This document shows, one piece after another, positions 50,777 to 61,097 of a stretch of DNA of 64,000 nt (positions are counted from its first letter, which is position 1; every line of letters begins with the position of its first letter). A program made the translations under genes and the position numbers. This stretch comes from Blastocatellia bacterium (GTDB lineage: Bacteria > Acidobacteriota > Blastocatellia > UBA7656), in assembly GCA_963765495.1 (NCBI GenBank), contig CAVXWP010000008.1, forward strand, positions 640,001 to 704,000, read 5' to 3'. The notes under the pieces were generated by a model that saw nothing but the letters and a program-made list of their open reading frames with translations, was not told the origin of the DNA and ran no database searches.

Positions 50777-52329
50777 GCAGAGCAATCAAACAAGTTAACC
50801 CGGCTATGGTGGAATTCGATTTGACCTTGCCGGAAAAGATAAAGGGGATAATGCCGGTCATAGCGCCGATGGCCCTTGCCATAACTTTTATACTGACCCG
50901 TTTATATATCGGCCCGAGAGGATTCTTACACGAAGGCGATCTTACGGTGCTGGCCCTTATCGCGTATATAAGCGCGGCGGTAATTCTCGTCACTAATCTG
51001 TTTGTAAAAGAAAAAATACTCTTTCGCCTCGGACTGATAAGCGTGGGGCTGGGCGTGTGCTTTAATTTTTCAGGATGGATGATCCGATGGATCGAGGCGG
51101 GGGATGCCGAGGGATGGAAAGCAGGGATAAACGGAGTATGGCGGTACTTTCCTCTTGATAATCTTTATCCGCTGACACTCGGATTCTGTTTCGGCGCGGC
51201 AATCACAACACTTGTCATCATCAGGAATCGCAAGTTCGAATTTGTCGGCGCGTTATCCATGCCGATAATAACAGTCATCCTGACGCTTGCCCTGCTGCTT
51301 GGAAACAACATCAGCACTCTGCCGCCAATTCTCGATAGCTACTGGCGGCCCATTCACGTTTCGGTAGCGACGATAGGTTATGGCGTGTGTCTGGTCAGTT
51401 TCGGACTTGCCTTCGCATATCTGCTGAAGGATGGCGTCAGTTCAGAATCTATAGCCATTGCCGTGGGCTTATTCGGACTGCTCGTCTATGGAACGGTGGG
51501 ACGGTTTGCGGTCCCTTTTCACGCGGATTACGGTGTCTCTGTGTTCGTGGAAAAGAATTCGCTTCCCCTGCGCGCAAGCATGCCCGGAGTCGGACCTCTC
51601 ATGGCGCTGACGCTGGCGGTCATTCTCGGTTCGGTTATTTTGTTTGTGGTCAATCATTTCAAGAGCGACGAAAAGGCCAGGAAATTGGGATGGAGACTTT
51701 TTAGGATCGCGGCCCTGTTGCAAGCAATCGTTTTGGTGACTCTCTTCTATCAGGTGGCAAAGACCGATAACCTGGCATCGCGTATCCCTCAGCGAGAGTA
51801 CGCCGGGTTTGGGCAATGGATGGGCAAACAGATGCAGATGCCTGTTTCGGCAGACAGACAGGTAGAGCTTGCCCGAGGCTGGATCGCTGAAAACTCTGCC
51901 AGTCTGAAAGTAGGGTTGAAGTCCAACCCGGTTGAGATTGGCGGTTTGCTTGGCCTGTTTGTGGCCCTGTTACTGGTTTCGATATTCTCGTGGAAACGTA
52001 AAGAATTGATGGCGGCTCTGCCTCCGCTTCAAAACATTGATGCTATGCTTTACAAAACCGTGGGTGTTGCCTTCCCGCTTCTCTCACTCCTGTTAATCAC
52101 AGGCGCAGTTTGGGCAAACGAGTCCTGGGGTCGGTATTGGGGATGGGATTCCAAAGAAGTTGGCGCGCTCGTCGCCTGGATGGCCTATGCCGGGTTCCTG
52201 CACACGAGAATCGCCCACAACTGGCGAGGGCGGCGTAGCGCCTACTTTGCGTTGCTCGGATTCGCGCTTGTGATCTTTACCTGGTTGGGTGTCAGTTATC
52301 TGTTGCCAGGTCTTCATTCATACGCATAG
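50773..52329 (+). CDS. ccsA: Cytochrome c biogenesis protein CcsA/ResC (System II), enlarged
   Basis: LPPILDSYWRPIHV, GAVWANESWGRYWGWDSKE (WWD domain), GLHSYA. Confidence 0.93.
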   Translation: MSRAIKQVNPAMVEFDLTLPEKIKGIMPVIAPMALAITFILTRLYIGPRGFLHEGDLTVLALIAYISAAVILVTNLFVKEKILFRLGLISVGLGVCFNFSGWMIRWIEAGDAEGWKAGINGVWRYFPLDNLYPLTLGFCFGAAITTLVIIRNRKFEFVGALSMPIITVILTLALLLGNNISTLPPILDSYWRPIHVSVATIGYGVCLVSFGLAFAYLLKDGVSSESIAIAVGLFGLLVYGTVGRFAVPFHADYGVSVFVEKNSLPLRASMPGVGPLMALTLAVILGSVILFVVNHFKSDEKARKLGWRLFRIAALLQAIVLVTLFYQVAKTDNLASRIPQREYAGFGQWMGKQMQMPVSADRQVELARGWIAENSASLKVGLKSNPVEIGGLLGLFVALLLVSIFSWKRKELMAALPPLQNIDAMLYKTVGVAFPLLSLLLITGAVWANESWGRYWGWDSKEVGALVAWMAYAGFLHTRIAHNWRGRRSAYFALLGFALVIFTWLGVSYLLPGLHSYA

Positions 52330-52380
52330 GCAAGACACCAAAACGCAATAATCATTGTCACTTCTATGAGGTGCCTTTCG

Positions 52381-52410
52381 GGGCGGGATGCCAGACCCGC
52401 CCTATTTTTT
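52381..52410 (+). terminator. Intrinsic terminator after ccsA
   Basis: GGGCGGG-8 nt-CCCGCCC followed by TATTTTTT. Confidence 0.7.
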
Positions 52411-52456
52411 GTCCTCGAACCACAGGGCTCAGAATCGTAATTATCGCTTCCCTTCC

Positions 52457-52504
52457 GGTTGTGAGTAGAATCCCGCAGACGTCTGCGGGATTCTACTCAC
52501 AACC
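52457..52504. repeat. Perfect 48-bp palindrome with no spacer
   Basis: GGTTGTGAGTAGAATCCCGCAGAC followed immediately by its exact reverse complement. Confidence 0.95.
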
Positions 52505-52792
52505 AGTAATTCAGAATTCCCCAACAGGTGCCGCAAGTTGGGATTATCGAATTCGGACGGTCGCCTCTAATTTCTAAATAGTCAGTATTGCAACACTTAG
52601 CAACCCGTTCAAAGAAATCATTCTTCCTTTGAATGGAGTCAGCGATTTGAGAACGCTGTTTGCCTAATATGCTGACAGAGGACCGAAATGCGGCAGGTGA
52701 CTGGTATCACAGGTCGCCTTGATCGTCCTCAAAGGCTTCTCAAGCTCGCAAAAAATAATAAAGAGACTGGTCCGAAGCGGAGGGGTAATTAG

Positions 52793-53749
52793 ATGAACCA
52801 GGCAAAGACAATCAAAGCGGCGTTAGTGATAGGGTGGTTTCTTGTGGCTCTCGCGTGGGCAGCCTCAAATACCTTTTCGAAGCCCGCTGTTCCCGACAGG
52901 ACGACGACAGGAAAACAAGAACCTGCGCAAGCCGAAGGATATGTAGGCAGTGAGACTTGCAAGGATTGCCACGCCGGACAGTTTAACAGCTACTTCAAGA
53001 CTGCACACGCGAGGGTCGAACAACTATCGAACCTGCCCCCCGACAAGCACGGCTGTGAAGCCTGCCACGGACCCGGGAAGGCGCACGTTGAGGCCGGAGG
53101 CGACAAGGCACTAATAAAGACCTTTTCGAATATCTCGTCCAAGGATATTTCAGAGACCTGTCTCAGTTGCCATTCGAGCAAGGAAGAGCACAACAATTAC
53201 AGACGCGGCGAGCACGGACGAAACGACGTAGGCTGTACCGATTGCCACGCTCCGCATTCAACCGATGTCTCTCCGCTGAAGCTGCTCGCGAAGACCGAGC
53301 CTCAGTTGTGTCTCGACTGCCACAGTGAGATGAAGGCGCAATTTTCTCAGCCCTTCCATCACAAGGTCATCGAGGGCGCTATAAAGTGCAGCGATTGTCA
53401 TAATCCGCATGGCGGATTCGAGACGAAGCAAGCGCGTTTATCAACAGGCACCGATGCTGCCTGCGTCAAGTGTCATTCAGATAAGCAGGGACCGTTTGTT
53501 TTCGAGCACGCGCCTTTGAAGGTAGAAGGCTGCACAGCCTGTCATACACCGCACGGGGCTACGAATCCGAAGCTGCTCAAACGCAACAACGTAAGCCAGC
53601 TTTGCCTTGAATGCCACAGCGACATTGGTTCTATAGGAGCGCCAAACACCCCAAGTTTCCATAACCTTGCAACTGCGAGATTTCAGAGTTGCACGACCTG
53701 CCACGCGAAGATTCACGGGTCCCAGACCCATCAGTTCTTCTTCCGTTAA
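52793..53749 (+). CDS. Decaheme cytochrome c, DmsE/MtrA/MtoA/PioA family
   Basis: Signal peptide; ten CxxCH; family motifs YVGSETC, CEACHGPG, GPFVFEH, CTTCHAKIHGS. Confidence 0.92.
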   Translation: MNQAKTIKAALVIGWFLVALAWAASNTFSKPAVPDRTTTGKQEPAQAEGYVGSETCKDCHAGQFNSYFKTAHARVEQLSNLPPDKHGCEACHGPGKAHVEAGGDKALIKTFSNISSKDISETCLSCHSSKEEHNNYRRGEHGRNDVGCTDCHAPHSTDVSPLKLLAKTEPQLCLDCHSEMKAQFSQPFHHKVIEGAIKCSDCHNPHGGFETKQARLSTGTDAACVKCHSDKQGPFVFEHAPLKVEGCTACHTPHGATNPKLLKRNNVSQLCLECHSDIGSIGAPNTPSFHNLATARFQSCTTCHAKIHGSQTHQFFFR

Positions 53750-53800
53750 TGGTAAAGAGATGAGATCAGGAAGGCATTTGACAGTCGTGGAGGAAAGACG

Positions 53801-55873
53801 ATGAAGACAAGAGTTGCATTCAGCCTGCTTATATTGCTGGGGCTGGCCTTTGGGGCAGAAAACATCCTGGCTCAACAGAACCCTGCCGAAGGTGACAAAA
53901 CAAACCAGGCGGCGCAAGACAAGGCAAAGAACCCCTGGGGCTATTCTGTGACATCGAGTGTCGAGGTAGGCGTGCGGGGGGTTAGCGTTAACGGCGACGC
54001 GGATAAATTCCGTAGCGACTTGAACTATGAGCCGGGGGTCAGGCTTTTCAACTCAAGCCTGCTTATGCAATCGAAAAATAATGACGGACTCTTGTTCGAC
54101 ACGCTTTTGATCAATTCCTTTGGCTGGGGCGGAGACCCAAATCAATACGTACGTGTCAACGCTGAAAAGACCAAGGTATATCGCTTTGACGGAAATTATC
54201 GCAGGATTGATTACTTCAACAGTCTGAGAAATTTTGCTCTGAACCAGCACATCTCGAACACTCAGTATCAGGTGGGCGATTTCAATGTGACTCTGTTGCC
54301 CGCAAACGAAAGGATCAGGTTCAATCTCGGTTATGCGCTTGATAGAAACAAGGGCGACGCGGTCACGACCTATGATTACTCGCGTGACGAGTTTCCGATT
54401 CTCGCGCCGACCAGATACGAGGCAAACGATTATCGGTTTGGAGTCGATGCAAAGGTTTCAATTATCGATATATCGTTCCTACAGGGATTCAGATACTTTA
54501 AGGAAGATACTACCTATCTGGTAGACACGCCCCAGCCAGGAAACACACCGACAAACTTCTCTGAGATCGACACTTTTCAACGCGATATGCCCGTTCGTGG
54601 TCGCGTCCCTTATTCAAGGTTGAGCGTTCATTCTCTTATAAAGAATAGGGTGGATGTCACAGGTCGCATCCTCTATTCGAGCGCGACTACGAATTTTCAT
54701 TTCAACGAAAGGCTATCTGGAACCGATGTCAGCAATAACAAAATATTACTCGACCAGTTCATAGCCAACGGGGATACAAAGCGGCCCAGCACGCTTGGCG
54801 ATCTTGGCGTGACGGTCTTTGCGACCAGAAAACTCAGGCTTTCTGACACTCTGAGAGTCTACACATTTCAGATAAATGGAGGGCGGGCGCTTTCGGAAGC
54901 GTTGTTCCGCACGCGCCCGACGCCGTTTGGCGATTCCCCGCTTCCCGTGCTCCTGCTCGATGAGTTGGCCTTTAACGTGACCAGCTATCGCCGCTATCAA
55001 AATACGGTAGAGGGGGATTATGAATTCAACTCCAGGTTGGCTCTCCATTTCGGTTACAGATACTCAAACAGACACATCGAGCAGGAATCCCTTACCGAAA
55101 TCCCGGACGCTCTGCCGGGTGAGCCGGAAGAACCCGAGATATTTGACAATACAGCGCACGCCGGTTTCGTAGGTTTTAAGGCGCGGCCATTAAAGGTATG
55201 GTCGCTTTATTTCGATCTTGAAAAAGGCACTACCGATAATGTCTTCACACGTGTGGACAATTACAATTACACAAATGTCCGGCTAAGAAGCATTATCAAG
55301 CCCGTCAAGACACTCGCAATAAACACGTCGCTTGTGACAAAGGATAACAATAACCCGACATTGACTCCTGAATTCCCGTTCCGCGACTTTGGCGTAGACA
55401 TAAACAGCCGCATATATACTGGGTCGGTTGACTGGACGCCAAATGAAAAATTCTTCTTGAGTTCCGGCTATACATATACTCGTCTGACCAGCCAGGCTCA
55501 GGTGATCTTCTTCTCGAATTTCCAACAACTCGACGGGTTGAGCCGGTACTTTTTCAGAGACCATTTCGGGTTCATCAATACTTCGATCCAGCTTCACCCG
55601 CGAGCTACGCTGTTTGCCGGTTACTTTATAAGCAAGGATAACGGGGCGGGTGATAGAAAGCCCGTCTCGGCGGCGGAGTTGATCGGATCGTACCCTCTGC
55701 AATTCCAATCACCCGAATTTCGACTCTCAATCAGGCTTACGAAAAACATTGATTGGATAGCGGGTTATCGCTGGTACGACTACAAAGAAGACTTTCCAAA
55801 TCTTCAGAAATACAACGCGCACCTTCCCTATATGTCGGTCAAGATCAGTTTCGACAGGGGCAAGGGCGAATAA
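53801..55873 (+). CDS. Outer-membrane beta-barrel, MtrB/PioB-like partner of the decaheme cytochrome
   Basis: Signal peptide; 690 aa of aromatic-rich alternating beta strands; directly downstream of the decaheme gene. Confidence 0.75.
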   Translation: MKTRVAFSLLILLGLAFGAENILAQQNPAEGDKTNQAAQDKAKNPWGYSVTSSVEVGVRGVSVNGDADKFRSDLNYEPGVRLFNSSLLMQSKNNDGLLFDTLLINSFGWGGDPNQYVRVNAEKTKVYRFDGNYRRIDYFNSLRNFALNQHISNTQYQVGDFNVTLLPANERIRFNLGYALDRNKGDAVTTYDYSRDEFPILAPTRYEANDYRFGVDAKVSIIDISFLQGFRYFKEDTTYLVDTPQPGNTPTNFSEIDTFQRDMPVRGRVPYSRLSVHSLIKNRVDVTGRILYSSATTNFHFNERLSGTDVSNNKILLDQFIANGDTKRPSTLGDLGVTVFATRKLRLSDTLRVYTFQINGGRALSEALFRTRPTPFGDSPLPVLLLDELAFNVTSYRRYQNTVEGDYEFNSRLALHFGYRYSNRHIEQESLTEIPDALPGEPEEPEIFDNTAHAGFVGFKARPLKVWSLYFDLEKGTTDNVFTRVDNYNYTNVRLRSIIKPVKTLAINTSLVTKDNNNPTLTPEFPFRDFGVDINSRIYTGSVDWTPNEKFFLSSGYTYTRLTSQAQVIFFSNFQQLDGLSRYFFRDHFGFINTSIQLHPRATLFAGYFISKDNGAGDRKPVSAAELIGSYPLQFQSPEFRLSIRLTKNIDWIAGYRWYDYKEDFPNLQKYNAHLPYMSVKISFDRGKGE

Positions 55874-56156
55874 AGAGGTAATGAATTGATGACAGCCCTC
55901 AGGGCAGAAGTTCTGCAATAAGCGGAGGCAAAATGTTCGCAAACCAAAAACATGGTAGGAGAAAGAGAGCGGCAGACAGCACATACCTGTTGTTTCGATC
56001 TGTTGCTCATAAGACCCCTGGCATGTTCGGAGGTGAGTTGATGCATGTGATAGCTGGAAATCAATCTTTGTGGGATGTGCTGAAATCCGGCTGGTAATAA
56101 GAGGCCGGTCGCCACATCCCCCATAAAGGATTTCATTGGCCGGAGAGGTGGCAATT

Positions 56157-57068
56157 ATGGAACGCAAATTTATCCAGAGCTTATTCATAGCGGTTTTTCT
56201 GGTTGGGCTGATGATGCTTGCCGGAACTACCAGAGCACAAACCCCGACTCCATCTGCATACGACAGACCGGATTACAATTACTCGGAGTCAAGCAGTTGC
56301 ACTCGCTGCCACTTCCTGCGTGGCGCGGGCGGCGACCATAATCTTGAAGCGGTGGGGATAATGTATGATGACACCGCGCAAAAATTCTTCTTAACAGGCA
56401 GCGGCTGGCGCGCCTCCAGACACTCGCAGACAAATTATAGGTCCACGCAAAACACATACTGCGCGAAGTGCCATTCACCGCTCCAGGCAAAACCCGAGGC
56501 ATCTTTCAAGAAAGGCAAATTCAAGGATACTGAACAGATACCCGACGGGCAGGTTGAAGGCGTCACCTGTGGTACCTGCCATCCCGATCACAACTCTGCC
56601 GTTGTGCTTGGCCGACGGCTGGGCGTCTATAAATTCGGGATGGACAGGGCGACGCCCGAAGCATACGATGTGGTTCCTCACGGGCAGGAAGATCAGCTCT
56701 GCCTGAATTGCCACGTGAGCCGACACAATGAAGACAGCCCGGCATTCAAGGTGATGTACGATGTGGGAGTCAGGTGCATAGATTGCCACATGGCCCCGTA
56801 TGGCTATGTTCTCGGCACCGAGATCGAGAAACGATTCCATGATTTCAATGTGGCAAAGAATCTTCCGTACTCCTGCGGGGTTCAGGGCGCGCTTGTTTCC
56901 TGTCATCCGGGGATGACGGTCGAGGGGACGCTGAATTTTATCCCCCTGATGAAGAAACAACACAAGGATTGGTGGCCGGGGAAAATGAAGGCGTTGAGTC
57001 TGGCCACTGCCGACGATTACATGGCTCTCTGGCAGAAGGTGGAAGCAGAGACCGCTTTTGAGAAATGA
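56157..57068 (+). CDS. Exported multiheme cytochrome c (5 CxxCH + one CX8CH)
   Basis: CTRCH, CAKCH, CGTCH, CLNCH, CIDCH and CGVQGALVSCH; Sec signal with no lipobox. Confidence 0.85.
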   Translation: MERKFIQSLFIAVFLVGLMMLAGTTRAQTPTPSAYDRPDYNYSESSSCTRCHFLRGAGGDHNLEAVGIMYDDTAQKFFLTGSGWRASRHSQTNYRSTQNTYCAKCHSPLQAKPEASFKKGKFKDTEQIPDGQVEGVTCGTCHPDHNSAVVLGRRLGVYKFGMDRATPEAYDVVPHGQEDQLCLNCHVSRHNEDSPAFKVMYDVGVRCIDCHMAPYGYVLGTEIEKRFHDFNVAKNLPYSCGVQGALVSCHPGMTVEGTLNFIPLMKKQHKDWWPGKMKALSLATADDYMALWQKVEAETAFEK

Positions 57069-57133
57069 TCTGATGAAAATGAACTTCTGACTGAGTGAGG
57101 ATTGCCTCAGAGAAAGGAGTCTAAAACAGGATG

Positions 57134-57170
57134 AAAGCGGGGTCGACCACTGAGTCGGCCCCGCTTTTTT
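57134..57170 (+). terminator. Intrinsic terminator
   Basis: AAAGCGGGGTCGAC...GTCGGCCCCGCTTTTTT. Confidence 0.8.
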
Positions 57171-57269
57171 GTTTCAGGTGAGCCATCTTTTTTCATATAG
57201 CAACCCGCTCGTCTCTTATGATAGGCTTGCGACAACCGGGTCGAATTCAATTCTTCAGGGTAACAAATT

Positions 57270-57899
57270 ATGACAGCAACACACCCGCTCTTTAGAGGAT
57301 GGATCGTAGTAGGCTGGACGGCAATTTTGATGACCGTCATCGTGGGTGGACTTCTGGCCGCTCAGGGATTTACTGAGGCTGGACTTCACTTGATTATCAG
57401 AACGACGGCTCAAACATCTTTCCTCTTATTCCTTGCCGCCTTCTCGGCCTCCGCTCTCCATTCTCAATGGCCTGCACCCTCTACAAAATGGCTCCGCGCC
57501 AACCGCCGCTATGTGGGCGTCTCATTCGCCGTTTCACATACCTACCATCTGGCAGCAATCATCTCGCTCGCAATCATTACAAAGGGTGAGGCTATGGCAA
57601 ATACTTCGACGGTTACGCTCGTTGCCGGAGCGATAGGCTATATCTTCCTCGCCGCCATGGTCGCCACATCTTTCGACCAGACGGCGCGTCGGCTTGGCGC
57701 GCGAGCATGGAGGAGACTTCACACCACCGGCATGTACTACCTCTGGGGAGTGTTTATGTTTAGTTATGGAGGGCGGGCCGCAGTGTCGCTCAAATATTTA
57801 CCGCTGGCCCTTTTGCTTATTGCCGCGCTTGCGCTTCGCGTGATCGCAAGAAAGACGCCTGAGAAAAAGGCTCTGGCAGCAGGGCAAGGTCTCAACTGA
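57270..57899 (+). CDS. Ferric reductase-like transmembrane (MsrQ-like) heme b protein
   Basis: NRRYVGVSFAVSHTYH, ATS..LGARAWRRLH; 5-6 TM segments. Confidence 0.75.
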   Translation: MTATHPLFRGWIVVGWTAILMTVIVGGLLAAQGFTEAGLHLIIRTTAQTSFLLFLAAFSASALHSQWPAPSTKWLRANRRYVGVSFAVSHTYHLAAIISLAIITKGEAMANTSTVTLVAGAIGYIFLAAMVATSFDQTARRLGARAWRRLHTTGMYYLWGVFMFSYGGRAAVSLKYLPLALLLIAALALRVIARKTPEKKALAAGQGLN

Positions 57900-58034
57900 T
57901 CAATCGATTGTGATACATTCTTGCGCCTGCAAGAGACGCAATTGCCTCCCTGTTATTCATCGTTTTCTTCCCACCTATTCATTTTTCACCTTTCCCTTGA
58001 CAAACTACAAGAGAAGTCTTAATATGAGCACCTG

Positions 58035-58045
58035 TAGATAATCTA
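58035..58045. promoter_or_regulatory. Putative PadR operator
   Basis: TAGAT-A-ATCTA palindrome next to the RBS of padR. Confidence 0.5.
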
Positions 58046-58059
58046 GGGAAGGAAAAGAA

Positions 58060-58392
58060 ATGGCAAAACAGAAATCAGATCTCTTACAGGGCACGCTCGA
58101 CATGTTGATTTTGAAGACGCTTGCGCTCGAACCCATGCACGGATGGGGCATAGCGCAAAGAATTCAGCAGATATCGGAGGGGGTGCTGGTTATCAACCAG
58201 GGGTCGCTTTACCCGGCGGTTTACCGCCTCGAACAGCAGGGATGGGTTGAGTCCGAATGGGGTAATTCGGAAAACAATCGCCAGGCAAAGTATTACAGGC
58301 TGACTCGCGCGGGTCGAAAGCAGTTGGCTGAGGAAACCGAGAACTGGGAACGTCTCTCAACAGCCGTCACTCAAATCCTTCATACAACCTGA
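58060..58392 (+). CDS. PadR family transcriptional regulator, acidobacterial type
   Basis: LLQGTLDMLILKTL..HGWGIA..GSLYP..SENNRQAKYY. Confidence 0.93.
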   Translation: MAKQKSDLLQGTLDMLILKTLALEPMHGWGIAQRIQQISEGVLVINQGSLYPAVYRLEQQGWVESEWGNSENNRQAKYYRLTRAGRKQLAEETENWERLSTAVTQILHTT

Positions 58393-58408
58393 ACGGAGGT
58401 CCTAAATC

Positions 58409-61069
58409 ATGCTCGGAAGACTTTTTCGTCGGGCGCGCACGCTCGTTCAACGCGACAGGATGGAGCGAGAACTCGATCAGGAGTTGCGCTTTCATATCGA
58501 AATGGAAATAGAGAAGAATATCAGCAGAGGGATGAGCCCGGCTGATGCGCGAATGTTGGCTCTCCGCGCATTCGGCGGGGTAGAAAAATACAAGGATGAA
58601 TGCCGCGATGCGAGAGGAATAAGTATTTTCGAAACTCTCTGGCAGGACATCAGATTCGGCTCTCGCATGTTGATAAAGAATCCGGGGTTCACTCTCGTAG
58701 CCGTCCTCGTACTCGCTCTCGGGATAGGCGCAAATACTGCGATATTCAGCGTCGTCTATGGAGTATTGCTGCGTCCCCTGCCCTACACGGATGGTAGCCG
58801 ACTGGTTGTGCTTCATCAGCAGGCACCCCTGGCAAACGTTGATGATATGGGTTTCTCTGTAAAAGAGATAAACGATTATCAGGAGCAGAATCAATCGCTC
58901 GAAGACCTTGTTGAATACCACTCAATGTCCTTCTTACTGCTTGGACGCGGTGAACCCGACCGTGTGCAGACCGGGGTCGTTTCAACAAATTTCTTTGATG
59001 TTCTTGGAGTAAAGCCACTTCTTGGCAGGACCTTCCTGCCTTCCGACAACGAACACGGTGCGCCGGCGGTTCTTGTGCTCAGTTATGAATACTGGCAGCG
59101 CAGCTTTCACGGCGACGAGTCAATAGTCGGCGAAAGCTTCAAGATGAATGACCGTCCGCACCTGGTCATAGGCGTGCTGCCCTCGGTGCCGCAGTACCCG
59201 GAAGAAAACGATGTTTACATGCCGACATCGGCCTGTCCCACCCGTTCATCCGACCGCATGATAGCCAATCGTCGAGGGCGTATGATGCAGGCATTCGCGC
59301 GTTTGAAACCGGGGGTCAGTGTTGAAGCCGCCCGGACTGATGTCTCAACGATTGCCGGACGGTTGCAGAAAGAGTACCCGGAGTTTTACCCGGAAAACAT
59401 AGGGTTTGGAGCCACTATGGCTCCGCTCAGAGAAGAGTTGACCAAACAGGCGCGGCCCACGCTGCTGATACTGCTTGCGACGGTGAGTATGGTCTTGTTG
59501 CTGGCCTGTGCCAACGTCGCAAATCTTACGCTTGCTCGCCTGATGGGGCGAGAAAAGGAGATGGCTGTTCGGACGGCTCTGGGGGCCGGTCGAGGCCGTT
59601 TGATCAGACAATTGTTGACTGAAAGCACAATGCTCTCACTTGCAGGCGGCGCGCTGGGTCTGTTCTTTGCTGCATGGGGGCTCGATTTGCTGGTGGCATT
59701 TGTCGCGCGTTTTACGACGCGGGCGGCTGAGATACATATTGACGGGTCTGTGTTGCTGTTTACGTTAATCGTCTCGATAGGGACAGGGCTTCTGTTTGGA
59801 CTGGTCCCTGCTTTCACATCCGAGCAAAAGCTGACATCGGCGCTAAAGGAAGGAGGCGGTCGCTCTACGTTTAGCCGCAGCCGCCAGCGATTGAGAAGCC
59901 TGCTGATAGTCTTTCAGGTAGCGATCTCCTTCATGCTATTGATAGGCGCTGGATTGATGGTGCGGAGCCTTGTAAAGCTCCAGCATGTTGATCCGGGCTT
60001 CAAACCTGAAAAGGTGCTGTCGCTGAGAGTAAACGCGAACTGGTCGAAATATACGGAAGATGATCAATACAGAAACTACTACCGCCGATTGCTCGATAAA
60101 ATCGAATCCAGACCCGACGTGCTTTCGGCCGCCGTCTCTTCGTCTTCGCCTCTGAGCAAAGCGGCGCTTACCTATGGCCCATATAATCGCGATTTCCAGA
60201 TTCAGAATGTCCCGCTTGCTGAGGGAGAACTCGCGCCAAAATGTGATTATCAAACGGTCAGTCCGAAGTTCTTCGATACGCTCGGGATACCTCTCATAGA
60301 GGGACGGTTGCTTACGGCTTCGGATAATGCCGAATCGGTTGACGTTGCGGTTATCAATCAGTCGATGGCAAACCATGTGTGGGGCAGCGAAAGCCCTATT
60401 GACAGACGAATCTCGCTCGACAAGGGGGAGCACTGGATACAGATAGTCGGGATTGTTGGGGATGTGAAACGATACGGGCTTGACAGCAAGACAACCGACG
60501 AGATTTATCGTCCGCTTGAGCAGAATCCTAACGGCGGACGCCTGTTAATTCGAACCATCGCCGACCCCACCAGTCTTGCTCGTGAAATACGACAGGCCAT
60601 ACACGAGATTGATTCCGAGACGGCCGTATCGGATATTGTGACGCTTGAGCAGGCAAGAAGCGAATCGCTCGGTTCTCCACGCCTGACGGCTATCCTCCTG
60701 GGTTTGTTTGCCGCGCTTGCGCTCATAATAACGGCAACCGGATTGGCCGGCGTCATGGCTTTGAGCGTCAGACAGCGTTCTCACGAGATAGGGATTCGAA
60801 TGGCTCTGGGCGCATCTCAGGGAAAGGTCTTATGGATGATGCTGCGACAGGGAATGGGTCTGGTCGTGACGGGGCTGGCGCTTGGTCTGACCGGGTCGCT
60901 TGCGCTTGCGCACCTTATGGCCGGGCTTTTATTCGGCATAGAGCCTACCGATTCACTGACATACTTTGCAGTATCGCTCGTACTTGTTCTGGCCGCAACC
61001 ACAGCGTGTCTGGTTCCCGCTCGGCGAGCTACGAGCATTGATCCGATGGTGGCGCTTAGAAGCGAATAA
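58409..61069 (+). CDS. ADOP (acidobacterial duplicated orphan permease) MacB/FtsX family protein
   Basis: [10 protein letters not shown]-terminus; [14 protein letters not shown]; duplicated FtsX domains; [17 protein letters not shown]. Confidence 0.93.
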   Translation: MLGRLFRRARTLVQRDRMERELDQELRFHIEMEIEKNISRGMSPADARMLALRAFGGVEKYKDECRDARGISIFETLWQDIRFGSRMLIKNPGFTLVAVLVLALGIGANTAIFSVVYGVLLRPLPYTDGSRLVVLHQQAPLANVDDMGFSVKEINDYQEQNQSLEDLVEYHSMSFLLLGRGEPDRVQTGVVSTNFFDVLGVKPLLGRTFLPSDNEHGAPAVLVLSYEYWQRSFHGDESIVGESFKMNDRPHLVIGVLPSVPQYPEENDVYMPTSACPTRSSDRMIANRRGRMMQAFARLKPGVSVEAARTDVSTIAGRLQKEYPEFYPENIGFGATMAPLREELTKQARPTLLILLATVSMVLLLACANVANLTLARLMGREKEMAVRTALGAGRGRLIRQLLTESTMLSLAGGALGLFFAAWGLDLLVAFVARFTTRAAEIHIDGSVLLFTLIVSIGTGLLFGLVPAFTSEQKLTSALKEGGGRSTFSRSRQRLRSLLIVFQVAISFMLLIGAGLMVRSLVKLQHVDPGFKPEKVLSLRVNANWSKYTEDDQYRNYYRRLLDKIESRPDVLSAAVSSSSPLSKAALTYGPYNRDFQIQNVPLAEGELAPKCDYQTVSPKFFDTLGIPLIEGRLLTASDNAESVDVAVINQSMANHVWGSESPIDRRISLDKGEHWIQIVGIVGDVKRYGLDSKTTDEIYRPLEQNPNGGRLLIRTIADPTSLAREIRQAIHEIDSETAVSDIVTLEQARSESLGSPRLTAILLGLFAALALIITATGLAGVMALSVRQRSHEIGIRMALGASQGKVLWMMLRQGMGLVVTGLALGLTGSLALAHLMAGLLFGIEPTDSLTYFAVSLVLVLAATTACLVPARRATSIDPMVALRSE

Positions 61070-61097
61070 TCTCGCTAAGAGAAGAAGAGGACTGAAT

